The notes: generated by a model from the sequence alone, not told the origin. DNA of 64,000 nt from Candidatus Omnitrophota bacterium (GCA_023227925.1 JALOCE010000001.1:539-64538); one strand, 5' to 3'; numbered from the stretch's first letter, positions 20,220 through 30,203 are shown. Numbers and translations: made by a program.

Positions 20220-21569
20220 ATGAAAAAAGTCGCAATTTTTATATTAAGGAATAATCAACTTAGGAATTTTCTGCCGGTTATCAAAGAAATGCTTTTAAGC
20301 GGCAGGATAGTCCCTGTGTTAATTACCACGAAGACTATGAATATCGGAATAAGAGCGGCACAGAATTATGATCCTGCCTTGAATCCTTTTCATGATCAAA
20401 TGGAGGTCCATTATATTGAGCATATAGATGAGATATCCGCTTTATTAGAGAGATTAGATATAAAAGTGCTTTTTAGCAATATCATTTTACCTTTTTTGTC
20501 GAATCTGGATTACGAAAATAACAGCGGGTCTGGTTTATTGAGAAGATTAAAAGAAAAAGGCATCAAATATATTCTATTACAATATTGCACTGAAGAAGTA
20601 GCGAACCTGCCAAAATTATTTTCTCGCGAATCCTTGGATTTAGTGAGCGGTTTTTTGTGCCAGAGCCAGTATTGGCTAGAGAGTATGGTTGAGGCATTTG
20701 CGCGGCAACTTAAACTTTCAGAGGAGGATATCCTGGGAATACGGAATAAGTCTTTTGTAGTAGGATGGGCCGAACTAGACGGTGTTAAAGGATTAGATAA
20801 AGAAGCAATCCTGGGAAAATACGGTTTAAAGAAAGGAAAAAAAATAGTTTTTTTTGATCCGGTAGGGAATGTCAATCATGTCCCCAATTTTTTATATAAA
20901 TACCATTTTTGCATGAGCCAGACAGGTAAAAAAAAGCTATTAAGGATGTTGCGTAATTTAAGCGGGGATATATGGATTTCTCCCGGGATGCTTTGGAAAC
21001 TTCCTTCTTACCTGAAGGCCCTCATTGCCTATCGAAAAGTGCCGAATTATGAGGCATTATTTTTTAACCTTCAAAAATTCTGTAAGGAAAACGATTACCT
21101 ATTGATTTGTAAATCACGGGAAAAAAATAATGATGGAGATTTTATAAAATCCGGATGTGATTTATATACTTACGATAGAAGCTATCTTCCTTTTACCCTT
21201 CTTGAGTTATTATCCATTTCTAATGTTTATGTGGGATTTAATAGTTTTTCGACTGTAGAGGCGGCATATTTTAGGCTGCCGGTCTTATCTATCAACATCT
21301 TTCTCGCTAAATATGAATTCAGGGAATATGGCGGAAAAGCATATCAATACATCGAAGAATGTTTTGATACTCCGGGCGAATGGTTGAATTTTCCCGGTGT
21401 CAACCAGGTCTATCGTTTATACAGGGATAGGATAGATTTTGCTAAAGCGATTAGCGGATTGAAAACTAATCCCCAAAGCCAGGATGAATATATCGCCAAA
21501 TTTATTGGTTCCGAGGATGGAAAAAGCAGCAAACGGATCCTTGATGTAATAGAAGAAAAATTTCTTTAA
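20220..21569 (+). CDS. Hypothetical protein, paralogue 1 of an uncharacterised family (possible GT-B-like / capsule-type sugar transferase)
   Basis: This 449-aa product is clearly homologous to the 448-aa product of 22413-23759, sharing MKK.A.F.LR..QLR..LP.I.EML.SGR..PVLITTKTMN.G..AAQNYDP..NPFHD.ME.HY throughout. There is no canonical motif. A C-terminal YVGFNS...E.....LPVLSI segment is reminiscent of a GT-B C-domain. Confidence 0.4.
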   Translation: MKKVAIFILRNNQLRNFLPVIKEMLLSGRIVPVLITTKTMNIGIRAAQNYDPALNPFHDQMEVHYIEHIDEISALLERLDIKVLFSNIILPFLSNLDYENNSGSGLLRRLKEKGIKYILLQYCTEEVANLPKLFSRESLDLVSGFLCQSQYWLESMVEAFARQLKLSEEDILGIRNKSFVVGWAELDGVKGLDKEAILGKYGLKKGKKIVFFDPVGNVNHVPNFLYKYHFCMSQTGKKKLLRMLRNLSGDIWISPGMLWKLPSYLKALIAYRKVPNYEALFFNLQKFCKENDYLLICKSREKNNDGDFIKSGCDLYTYDRSYLPFTLLELLSISNVYVGFNSFSTVEAAYFRLPVLSINIFLAKYEFREYGGKAYQYIEECFDTPGEWLNFPGVNQVYRLYRDRIDFAKAISGLKTNPQSQDEYIAKFIGSEDGKSSKRILDVIEEKFL

Positions 21570-21581
21570 AAGGAAGGCCTT

Positions 21582-22406
21582 ATGAAAAAAAATAAAGGAA
21601 ATAAATTTTCTTTATCCGGAAAGACCGCTATTGTCACCGGCGCTTTAGGTTTATTAGGCAGGAATTTTTGTTTTGGGTTAGCAGAGGAGGGAGCGGATAT
21701 AGCAGCAGTGGATTTAAATCCGGAAGAATGCGCAAGATTTGCGCTGAAGTTGAAGAAAAAATATCAGGTTAAGGCTGCGGGATTCCATTGTGATGTTGCG
21801 GATGCGCTTTCAGTCTCCGAGATGGCGGAGAGCGTAAAAAACAAATTTGGCAGGATCGATATTTTGATAAATAGTGCTTGTTATCGTTCGCAAAACCCTA
21901 AGTTGCTGCACGCGCGTTTTGAAGACTATTCGCCAGAAGAATGGCAAAGGATGATGGAGGTAAATGTGACCGGGGTGTTTTTGTGTTCGCAGGCGGCCGG
22001 TAAGGTCATGCTTAAACAAAACTCCGGAGGCTCGATAATCCAAATTTCTTCAATATATGGCCTGTTAGGCACAGACCACAGGATCTATAAAAAATCAGAT
22101 GCTCCAGGCAAAAGGACTAATAATCCTGCTGTGTATTCGGCTTCCAAAGGGGCAGTGATCAGTTTAACTAAATACCTGGCTAGTTATTGGGCAGATAAAG
22201 GGATCAGGGTAAATGTTATTTCTCCCGGAGGGGTAGAGAATAAGCAGGATAAATATTTTATACAGGCCTACTCCAGCCGGGTCCCGATGCAAAGAATGGC
22301 AAAAGCAAAAGAATTAGTTGGTGCTTTAATTTATTTAGCTTCTGATGCGTCAAGCTATGTAACCGGGCAGAACATTATAGTTGATGGAGGCCTTAGCATC
22401 TGGTAA
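21582..22406 (+). CDS. Short-chain dehydrogenase/reductase (SDR)
   Basis: TAIVTGALGLLGRNF glycine-rich motif and YSASKGAV catalytic YxxxK motif. Confidence 0.8.
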   Translation: MKKNKGNKFSLSGKTAIVTGALGLLGRNFCFGLAEEGADIAAVDLNPEECARFALKLKKKYQVKAAGFHCDVADALSVSEMAESVKNKFGRIDILINSACYRSQNPKLLHARFEDYSPEEWQRMMEVNVTGVFLCSQAAGKVMLKQNSGGSIIQISSIYGLLGTDHRIYKKSDAPGKRTNNPAVYSASKGAVISLTKYLASYWADKGIRVNVISPGGVENKQDKYFIQAYSSRVPMQRMAKAKELVGALIYLASDASSYVTGQNIIVDGGLSIW

Positions 22407-22412
22407 AGGAAT

Positions 22413-23759
22413 ATGAAAAAAATAGCTTTTTTTGTCTTAAGGATTAGCCAGCTAAGGGTTTTATTACCGATTATAGAAGAGATGCTATCAAGCGGGAGGA
22501 TGATCCCCGTATTGATCACCACTAAAACCATGAATTTCGGAATGAAGGCAGCGCAGAACTATGATCCTTCTTTTAATCCATTTCATGACCGGATGGAGAT
22601 CCATTATGTCGATAATTTCGGTGAGATACCCGTAATTATGGATAAAAATAATATAAAGATTCTGCTTAGCAATATCCTCTTGGCATTTTCAAGTAGTGAG
22701 AATAACGATGGTTCTGCGTTGCTAAAGAGCCTTAAGGAGAGGGGGGTCAAGTTTTTTTATCTAGAATCTACCCATGATGCGATATGCGTATTGCCTGAAA
22801 TCCTGAGTTTCGATTGTTTTAGGCTGGTTGACGGATTTTTTTGTTTGAGCGAATACTGGAAAGAGGGCATAGTCAGCGCCCTTAAAAGAAAGTTTAAGCT
22901 TACAGACAGCGAAATTATGGAACTTAGTAAGAAGTTCTACGTCGTGGGATGGCCCGAGCTCGATAGTGTAGAGAAACTTGACAAAAAAGCAATCCTGGAA
23001 AAATACAGGCTTACGAACATCAAAAAAATGATAGTTTTTTTCGACCCGGTGGGGAACGTTAACTACGTCCCGAATTTTTTTTACAAGTATTATTTCCGGA
23101 TCTTTGGATCAAAAAAGGAAAAAATATTACGGTTCCTGAAAAATTTGTTAATCGATATGTACTCTTCTCCTAAGATTTTTTGGAAACTGCCTTTTTACCT
23201 GAAAGCCTATTTAACTTATCGAAAAATACCGAATTACCAGGAGTTATTTTTTAGCTTAAAAAAGTTTTGTCAAGATAATGACTACCTCTTGATTTGTAAA
23301 TCCAGAGAAAAGAATAATGATCCCGATTTTATAAAAACCGGTTGCGATCTTTATACTTATGACCGGGGGTATTTGCCTTTTACCCTTCTTGAATTGATGT
23401 GTATTTCCGATGTCTATGTAGGTTTTAATAGCTCATCCATTATGGAAGCCGTGTATTGTAAATTACCGGTTTTATCGATCCATGTTTTCCCCATGAGATA
23501 CCAATTCTCTGATTATAGGGGCAATATCTACGAATATTTAGAAGAATGCTTCAATTCACCGGGCGAGTTCCTGAATTTTCCCGGGGTTAATCGCGTTTTT
23601 TTTCTTTATAAGCAAAAAATAGATTTCAAAGAGGCTTTTAAGGGCCTGAAGCTTGATCCTCAACGCCGTGATGATTATGTGGCGAAGTTTATCGGCTTTA
23701 TGGACGGCAAGAGCAGTAACCGTATTTTAAATATATTAGAAGAAAATTTCCTTTCGTGA
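22413..23759 (+). CDS. Hypothetical protein, paralogue 2 of the same uncharacterised family as 20220-21569
   Basis: Homologous to the product of 20220-21569 along its whole length. Confidence 0.4.
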   Translation: MKKIAFFVLRISQLRVLLPIIEEMLSSGRMIPVLITTKTMNFGMKAAQNYDPSFNPFHDRMEIHYVDNFGEIPVIMDKNNIKILLSNILLAFSSSENNDGSALLKSLKERGVKFFYLESTHDAICVLPEILSFDCFRLVDGFFCLSEYWKEGIVSALKRKFKLTDSEIMELSKKFYVVGWPELDSVEKLDKKAILEKYRLTNIKKMIVFFDPVGNVNYVPNFFYKYYFRIFGSKKEKILRFLKNLLIDMYSSPKIFWKLPFYLKAYLTYRKIPNYQELFFSLKKFCQDNDYLLICKSREKNNDPDFIKTGCDLYTYDRGYLPFTLLELMCISDVYVGFNSSSIMEAVYCKLPVLSIHVFPMRYQFSDYRGNIYEYLEECFNSPGEFLNFPGVNRVFFLYKQKIDFKEAFKGLKLDPQRRDDYVAKFIGFMDGKSSNRILNILEENFLS

Positions 23760-23765
23760 AAATTA

Positions 23766-25100
23766 ATGAAGAATAAACTCGCTTTAGTTTTTTGCGTGCA
23801 TCATAAGCCATGGTTGGTGATGTCTACTCTAATCACGACTATGGCACAGGATTTTAAAGATTTTGATATTTTTTTTATCCATCAGAAAGGCGATGGTACG
23901 ACAGCGCAAAGCCGGCTTTATAAAGAATATTTTGATGAGTATTATTCTTTAGCGAAAAAATACAATATAAATAGCCAGCTTGATCCTTACGATCCGAGGA
24001 CTGTCGAGGTATGCAGGATGGGAAGGGCAAATACTTATGAGGTTTTTTTTGAAAATGACCATGCCTTGGACTCCGGAGCCTGGTATAAATTCATCAGGTC
24101 CGGTTTATGGAAAGACTACGAATACTTGATTTTTGCCGGCGAAGGGATTTTGTTTACCGGAGAAACTGTTTTTTCTGACACGTTAAGGTTTGCCAAACAA
24201 TACGGCGCCCATTTTATTACCGCTTCGCATGCAAAAAGGCGTATCCCGAAAGACAGGTTTTTTGGCAATTTTGCCAGTTTTAAAAATAAAACCGAAATGA
24301 ATTCTTTTCACGACAAGATGATAAAGGAATCCCTGGCGGTGTTTTGCAGAGATCGCGTTTTCAAAGAAAAATTAGATTTATGCAGGTCTGATTTTCAAAC
24401 AGAACAGCAGAATCATGTCCCGGATATTTGGGGGCATGATGGTTTATGGATGCGCGCGGTTAATTTATTTTATCCTAACGTCAAAAATTTTAAAGGGCCT
24501 ATCCAGAAACAATTTATTGCAAGCCTTAACGGGACTTTTTTCTTATGGATTAAAACTCAGGCGCTTTTAAGTATTTTTTTTAGAGAGCATTTCGGTATGT
24601 TTTATAGTAAAGGCTGTCTGAAAAGGGATGACGATTATATTTATACCAGCGGGGGAAGAAGGAGATTACAGGATACAGTTTCTTATTCAAGCGAAGGGGC
24701 GCTAAAATTCCATCGCTCTGGCGATCCTGAATGGTATGGCGCCAGCTGCAGCCATTTTGTAAGCAGGGAATTTTTAGAAAGATTTTCCTGGAAATTAGAA
24801 GAATATAAGATCTATGATGTAATCGAATTGCCATTTTCCGCCACGTCATTAGAGGTAATTTGGGGATTGATTCCTTTATGGTTAGGTTTTGACAAGTGGT
24901 TTTTTAACGGTATGCACCGCGTGCATAAAAATTTTGTTAACTATAGGAGAGAAGATAACGCTAGGGATATGGCGCGCTATATTAACCGTTATTATCAAGG
25001 CAGGCTCTATGTTGATTATCAAGACGATTACCTTAAGATAAAAAAATATAGCAGAGATTTTAAGAATTTAAAAGAATATTTTAACGAACTTTATTTTTAA
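23766..25100 (+). CDS. Hypothetical protein (no recognisable domain)
   Basis: A long ORF with good coding periodicity, embedded in the operon. There are no motifs I can assign. Confidence 0.5.
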   Translation: MKNKLALVFCVHHKPWLVMSTLITTMAQDFKDFDIFFIHQKGDGTTAQSRLYKEYFDEYYSLAKKYNINSQLDPYDPRTVEVCRMGRANTYEVFFENDHALDSGAWYKFIRSGLWKDYEYLIFAGEGILFTGETVFSDTLRFAKQYGAHFITASHAKRRIPKDRFFGNFASFKNKTEMNSFHDKMIKESLAVFCRDRVFKEKLDLCRSDFQTEQQNHVPDIWGHDGLWMRAVNLFYPNVKNFKGPIQKQFIASLNGTFFLWIKTQALLSIFFREHFGMFYSKGCLKRDDDYIYTSGGRRRLQDTVSYSSEGALKFHRSGDPEWYGASCSHFVSREFLERFSWKLEEYKIYDVIELPFSATSLEVIWGLIPLWLGFDKWFFNGMHRVHKNFVNYRREDNARDMARYINRYYQGRLYVDYQDDYLKIKKYSRDFKNLKEYFNELYF

Positions 25101-25101
25101 A

Positions 25102-26058
25102 ATGATCCGGTTAAAAAAACAATACGAAGGAAAATCCGCCGTAGTTATTATGGGAGGACCTTCTATAATAGAGAATAACCTTGATTTGGGCTTAATAGAC
25201 AAAAATAAGTATACTATTTTTTTAGAATCCAAGTCTTTGACTCCGTATTTTTTAAGTTATAAGCTTATTCCCGACTTTTTTTTGATGTTTTTTCCGGAGA
25301 AATGCCACGCTAATGCCTTGCAGCAGGTAATATACCAGTCTTTGCTAGCCGGCATAGATTTATCAAGGCTTTTAAAGCCGGATTATCTCCGGCAATACTA
25401 CGATTTGAAAGATAATTTCGATAATTATTTTGAGGTATGGAATCCCGAAAGGAGCCCGCATAAAAAATATAAATTTAAAAACCATGTAGTATTGGAGAAT
25501 TCGCCTTTCTCTCTGCTCCCGGAATTACCTAATACAGCTATAATTACGCGGATAAAATCCGAAGAAAGGTTTGCTTATTTAAATAAGCTTAAGAACGAAA
25601 GATTTGTTTATGGCGACAGGCTTATAAAAGAAAATTTCCAGTTGGAAAAGTATTTTAATCCCGAAGAGGTTAACGGTTGCCTTATGTTGAACGGCTATGG
25701 CTCCGTTAATTCTGCGGCTATTGCTTTATTTCCCATTTTAAATTATATGGGTTTTAAAAAGATATACTTTATCGGTATGGATATGTCTATGCTGGGAAGC
25801 CTTGAATACAGCTCATTGTATACTTTCCGCTCCTTAAGGCATTATGCCAAGTTTTTCAAAAAAGCAAGAGCTGTTTTTAATTTCAATTTTATAGAAAATA
25901 AGAAGAAATTTATGCGTCCTCCTTATGAATTTGAAAACTTTAAGCAGATATTCAGATACGACAAAATAGAATTTATTAATATATTCGAGCCGTTTGAATT
26001 TGCGCTCCCATTGGAAGGCATGCGCCATATTACTTTTTACGAATTTCTCAATGAATAA
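25102..26058 (+). CDS. Possible DUF115 / MptE-like (Maf-like) protein, a candidate nonulosonic-acid transferase
   Basis: A GKSAVVIMGGPSI segment and a later GYGSVNSAAIALFPILNYMGFKKIYFIGMDMS segment resemble the conserved cores of the MptE-like/Maf family. The assignment is tentative. Confidence 0.4.
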   Translation: MIRLKKQYEGKSAVVIMGGPSIIENNLDLGLIDKNKYTIFLESKSLTPYFLSYKLIPDFFLMFFPEKCHANALQQVIYQSLLAGIDLSRLLKPDYLRQYYDLKDNFDNYFEVWNPERSPHKKYKFKNHVVLENSPFSLLPELPNTAIITRIKSEERFAYLNKLKNERFVYGDRLIKENFQLEKYFNPEEVNGCLMLNGYGSVNSAAIALFPILNYMGFKKIYFIGMDMSMLGSLEYSSLYTFRSLRHYAKFFKKARAVFNFNFIENKKKFMRPPYEFENFKQIFRYDKIEFINIFEPFEFALPLEGMRHITFYEFLNE

Positions 26059-27103
26059 GATAGCCGAAAAAATAAGCATCGATAAATTAAGAAATTGCAT
26101 AAAGAGGGAATTGGATGATTCGAATGAATATCTTTCTCGCTGGCTTGAAGTATTTGTGAATAAGGCTAAACTTTTGCCTGATAGCCGGCGCCCTTGGGCT
26201 CCCCGAGGAAGAGAGTACCTGGATTTTTATGAGACATTTTATTATGTATTGCATTGGTATTGCCAATTCAAGTCCGGTCGTTTTAAAGATATGGGCTGGA
26301 AAATAGACGAAACAGTCGCAGAGAATATAAGAGAGAAATTCCTACGATTGAATAGAGAGGCCCTCTCAAACAAGAATAAGAACCAGTTCCACGAATACTT
26401 CAAAAATTACGATTTTTATCCGCTTTCCCTCTATACGGCTATAGATTATAAGTTTCAAAATATCACCGGTACAAAGGTAGATAATATTTTGGACTTTGGC
26501 TCTGGTATAGGCAGGCAGGCTTTTCAGTGGTGCTCTCAGGGAAGCGTGAATTTATTTTCCGTAGATGCGATAGAGAGCCTTTACATGCTGCAAAACGATG
26601 TTTACAGCTTGCTTTTTCCGGATAAATTAATTGAATATTTTTATGGCCCGGAGAGATTCTGCGATCCCGGTTTTTATTCGATGAGAGATAAGCTTTATCA
26701 TCTTCCGACATGGAAATTGGATCTTTTACCGGATAGATATTTCGATTTGATTATTTGTGTACAAGTCCTGCAAGAACTTAACAAAGAGACTTTGAGGTTT
26801 TTATTGAGGCAGTTCAGAAGGATAGTGAAAAAAAACGGGATTTTATATATAAGAGATAATGAATTCTGGAAACCGGCCCATAAACTAAGGGTTGGCAGGG
26901 AACTTTTAGAGCAAGGCTGGGAGCTAATTTTTAAGTATACAGGCCACGAAGGGGCAGATATTGCAGGGATTCCGCGGTTGTGGGTTTTTACGGATGCAGA
27001 TAACCGTAAATCTTTCCGGCATCTAACTCGTATCAAAAGGGTATTTTTCCCTTCACATCCATTTGATTACAGCGCCTGGCGGGATTATGGATTGCCGATA
27101 TAA
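26051..27103 (+). CDS. Class I SAM-dependent methyltransferase-like protein
   Basis: Motif I-like ILDFGSGIGRQAF, FDLIICVQVLQEL, and NGILYIRDN. The likely ATG at 26051 overlaps the upstream gene by 8 nt. The ORF-track start at 25994 is less likely. Confidence 0.5.
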   Translation: MNKIAEKISIDKLRNCIKRELDDSNEYLSRWLEVFVNKAKLLPDSRRPWAPRGREYLDFYETFYYVLHWYCQFKSGRFKDMGWKIDETVAENIREKFLRLNREALSNKNKNQFHEYFKNYDFYPLSLYTAIDYKFQNITGTKVDNILDFGSGIGRQAFQWCSQGSVNLFSVDAIESLYMLQNDVYSLLFPDKLIEYFYGPERFCDPGFYSMRDKLYHLPTWKLDLLPDRYFDLIICVQVLQELNKETLRFLLRQFRRIVKKNGILYIRDNEFWKPAHKLRVGRELLEQGWELIFKYTGHEGADIAGIPRLWVFTDADNRKSFRHLTRIKRVFFPSHPFDYSAWRDYGLPI

Positions 27104-27121
27104 TACTAAGGAGGGTATCCA

Positions 27122-27790
27122 GTGAATAATACAGATATTGGAGTATGGTCGTGCGCCCGTACATCAAGCAAGCGCTGCCCGGAAAAAATGGTCCGTTCAT
27201 TCCACGATACTACTTTGACGGATATTTTTTTAGCGAAGCTCTCAAAATTAAAAAATAATGTTTTTTTTGCAGGTTTTGAAAGTATATTTAAAGAGAAATG
27301 CCAGAAGTACGATGTTACTTTTGTGCAGAGGTCGTACGAGTCTGCGAATGTCGATGAGCCGGCAGCTAAAATATACGAATTTCTTTTATCCCAGCCTTAT
27401 GATTATTTTTTACAGGTTAATGCCTGCGCTCCTTTCTTGAAAGTGGATACTATCGTTAATTTCCTTAAAGAATGTACCCATGATAGAAGGCCAAGTTTTG
27501 CTGTGGTCAAAAAAAAGAATTATTTAGTCCATCCTAACGGAGAGCCTATAAATTGGAGCCGCGGCATCACTACGATAAACACCAAAAAAGTAGATTATGT
27601 GTATGAATTTGCGCATCTGTTTTATTTTTTTAAAAAAACATATTTTGCAGAACATGGCTGGTATTGGGATTGGAATGACCTGCGTTATATAGAGATACCC
27701 GAAGGCTTAGAAGTTTTTGATATTGATACTGAAGAACAGTTTTTAATGGCAGAGTCTATCTGGAAGGATCGGAATTATCCTAAAATGTAA
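27122..27790 (+). CDS. Hypothetical protein with weak similarity to the N-terminus of acylneuraminate cytidylyltransferases
   Basis: GTG start. A CARTSSKRCPEK segment resembles the ARxxSKxxPxK motif of CMP-NeuAc synthetases. Nothing else supports the call, so this is a low-confidence, divergent paralogue. Confidence 0.3.
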   Translation: MNNTDIGVWSCARTSSKRCPEKMVRSFHDTTLTDIFLAKLSKLKNNVFFAGFESIFKEKCQKYDVTFVQRSYESANVDEPAAKIYEFLLSQPYDYFLQVNACAPFLKVDTIVNFLKECTHDRRPSFAVVKKKNYLVHPNGEPINWSRGITTINTKKVDYVYEFAHLFYFFKKTYFAEHGWYWDWNDLRYIEIPEGLEVFDIDTEEQFLMAESIWKDRNYPKM

Positions 27791-27808
27791 TTTTCAGGAG
27801 GCGGCATA

Positions 27809-30193
27809 ATGAAGATGAAAAAAAATATAATTATAGGCGCAGGGCCGGCAGGCTTAGCTACCGGTTTGGGGCTGGTTGAGCGCTCTGTCGAGACAGAAAT
27901 ATATGATGCCGGGATCGTGCCCGGCGGCTTAGCAGCCAGTGAATCGATAGACGGTATGGTTTTTGATTACGGCCCCCATATTTTTCATACGCACGACGAG
28001 GAAATGAAAAAACTATGGCTGGATTATTTTGCGGATTTGCTGGTCGAAAAGGAATTTTATTCGAAAAATTACAAGGATGGTATTTTTTATGATTATCCAT
28101 TATCTTATGAGTCGATCAGTAAGTTTCCCTCCAAAATAAAAGATCAGGTGCAGAAAGAACTTAAGGAGCGGAAGCCGGAGAATCTAAAGCGAGCCCAGAA
28201 TTTCAAGGAATGCTTGATTGCTATCCTCGGGCCTACCTTACAGGAGCTGTTTTTTGAGAAATATACTAAAAAACTCTGGGGCATATCTCCCGAAGATATG
28301 TCTACAAATTGGGCTCCTAAAAGGATAGAGATACGTAAAAAATATACTTCGTTCTGGCACAACCAGTTTTCAGCGGCTGCAAAATACGGCTCGGGAAGCG
28401 TGATGCAGCGTATAGCCGATAAAATCATAGCAAAAGGAGGAAAGGTTTTTTTAAGGCATAAAGTAACAAAATTGTTCTTGGAAGATTCGCGGATAAAAAA
28501 AATATTTTTTGAAAACGGCAAAGCTATTGATACCGAAGACGCGATTGTCATCTCGACAATACCGCTTGATCGCCTTTGTGATACCCTGGGAATAAAATGC
28601 ACCCTTGATTTTAATTCGATTATAATAGTATATTTAGTTTTTAATAAAGAATATATTTTGCCCGAAGGGGTCCAGTCTGTTTATTTCGCTCATGACGATT
28701 GCTATTTTCATCGCGTATCGGAACAGAAGAAGTTCAGCGATATAGGTTACCCCAAGGGCAAGACAATGCTTACTTTTGAGATTTCGTATAATAACAAGCC
28801 ATTTTTAGCCGAAATGGATGAGGAGAGATTGGTCAGGGAAACTTTGTCTCAGTTCTCCGCTTTCGGCTTGGCAAAGGAGAAAGATTTCGTAAAGGGGTTT
28901 ACTAGAAGATTCACTTCGGTAAACCCGATCTTAAAATATGCATACGAAGGCGAGTTGATGCGGGTTAATTCTATCTTAAGCTTGATTAAAAATTTACATA
29001 CAGTAGGCGGCAGCGCAGAATTCATTTACGGCGATATGCAGGTAATGTTTTCTAAGGCCAGGGATATTGTTGATTTATTGACATCGGAGCATTATGTGAT
29101 CAATAAAAATATTAAATCAGGCGAGCAATTCAGATTTAATGAAGAGGTCCAAATATGCGATTATAAGGTAGGAAAGGAGAATCCTACGTTGATCATCGCC
29201 GAGATGGGGATCAACCATAATGGCGATGTGAATTTGGCTAAACAGCTTATCTCTGAGGCGAAAAGATGCGGCTGTGAAGTCGTTAAATTACAGACTTTTT
29301 CAGCTGAGGCCAGAGTTTCGAAGACCGCCAAAAATGCAAAATATGCAGATAAAACGCTGGATATGGAAGAGACTCCGTATGAGACCTTTAAGAGGCTAGA
29401 GCTTTCCCGGGAAGATCACAAAATTTTATTTGATTATGCCAAAGATATCAAGATGCCGCTTATATCCACTCCATTCAGCGAAAGCGATGTCGATCTATTA
29501 TGCGAGCTTGGCGTAAAGGCTTTTAAAATAGCTTCCTTTGATTTAGTCAATTTGCCATTTTTACGGTATGTGGCTTCTAAGAGGCTGCCTATTATTCTTT
29601 CCTGCGGCATGAGCGGAATGGCTGAAATTGAAGAGGCGCTGGAGACTATCGCATTAGAAGAGAATCCAAATGTAGTCTTGCTGCATTGTGTTTCTTCTTA
29701 TCCTGCCGATCCCAAAGATGCTAATCTTCGTGCGATGCATACCATGAGGCAGGCCTTTAAAGTCCCGGTGGGCTATTCCGACCATTCGATCAGCCAGCTG
29801 GTTGCTATTATGAGCATGACATTGGGCGCGCATATACTTGAGCGCCATTTTACTTTAAATAAGAAGTTCGAAGGTACAGACCATATTCTTTCTTCCACTC
29901 CGGAAGAGATGGCCCAGTTAGTAGATGACCGTAATAGCATTTATAGCGCGTTAGGTAGCGGTATCAAGAAGCAAAAGCCTGTTGAGTATGGTACGATAAA
30001 TAAACAGAGAAAAAGCATTTTTACTACTAAACCTATAAAATCTGGCGAGAAGATCACTCTCGATAATATTACTATTAAAGGCCCCGGCCATGGTATTCTG
30101 CCGCGATATATCCATCTTATTCTAGGTAAACGGGTGGCTAAGCGCGTTAATGCCGATAGCCCGTTGACCTGGGATGATTTACTCATAAGTTAA
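27809..30193 (+). CDS. Fusion: UDP-galactopyranose mutase-like FAD domain (N-terminal, about 430 aa) plus NeuB-family nonulosonic acid synthase domain (C-terminal)
   Basis: N-terminal IIIGAGPAGLATGL dinucleotide motif and FDYGPHIFHTHDEE (UGM hallmark YGPHIFHT), with a later GGSAEFIYGDMQV segment. The C-terminal half has IIAEMGINHNGDVNLAKQLISEAKRCGCEVVKLQTF plus a SAF-like end. An AGGAGG RBS precedes the start. Confidence 0.75.
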   Translation: MKMKKNIIIGAGPAGLATGLGLVERSVETEIYDAGIVPGGLAASESIDGMVFDYGPHIFHTHDEEMKKLWLDYFADLLVEKEFYSKNYKDGIFYDYPLSYESISKFPSKIKDQVQKELKERKPENLKRAQNFKECLIAILGPTLQELFFEKYTKKLWGISPEDMSTNWAPKRIEIRKKYTSFWHNQFSAAAKYGSGSVMQRIADKIIAKGGKVFLRHKVTKLFLEDSRIKKIFFENGKAIDTEDAIVISTIPLDRLCDTLGIKCTLDFNSIIIVYLVFNKEYILPEGVQSVYFAHDDCYFHRVSEQKKFSDIGYPKGKTMLTFEISYNNKPFLAEMDEERLVRETLSQFSAFGLAKEKDFVKGFTRRFTSVNPILKYAYEGELMRVNSILSLIKNLHTVGGSAEFIYGDMQVMFSKARDIVDLLTSEHYVINKNIKSGEQFRFNEEVQICDYKVGKENPTLIIAEMGINHNGDVNLAKQLISEAKRCGCEVVKLQTFSAEARVSKTAKNAKYADKTLDMEETPYETFKRLELSREDHKILFDYAKDIKMPLISTPFSESDVDLLCELGVKAFKIASFDLVNLPFLRYVASKRLPIILSCGMSGMAEIEEALETIALEENPNVVLLHCVSSYPADPKDANLRAMHTMRQAFKVPVGYSDHSISQLVAIMSMTLGAHILERHFTLNKKFEGTDHILSSTPEEMAQLVDDRNSIYSALGSGIKKQKPVEYGTINKQRKSIFTTKPIKSGEKITLDNITIKGPGHGILPRYIHLILGKRVAKRVNADSPLTWDDLLIS

Positions 30194-30203
30194 GGGGGAT
30201 GCG

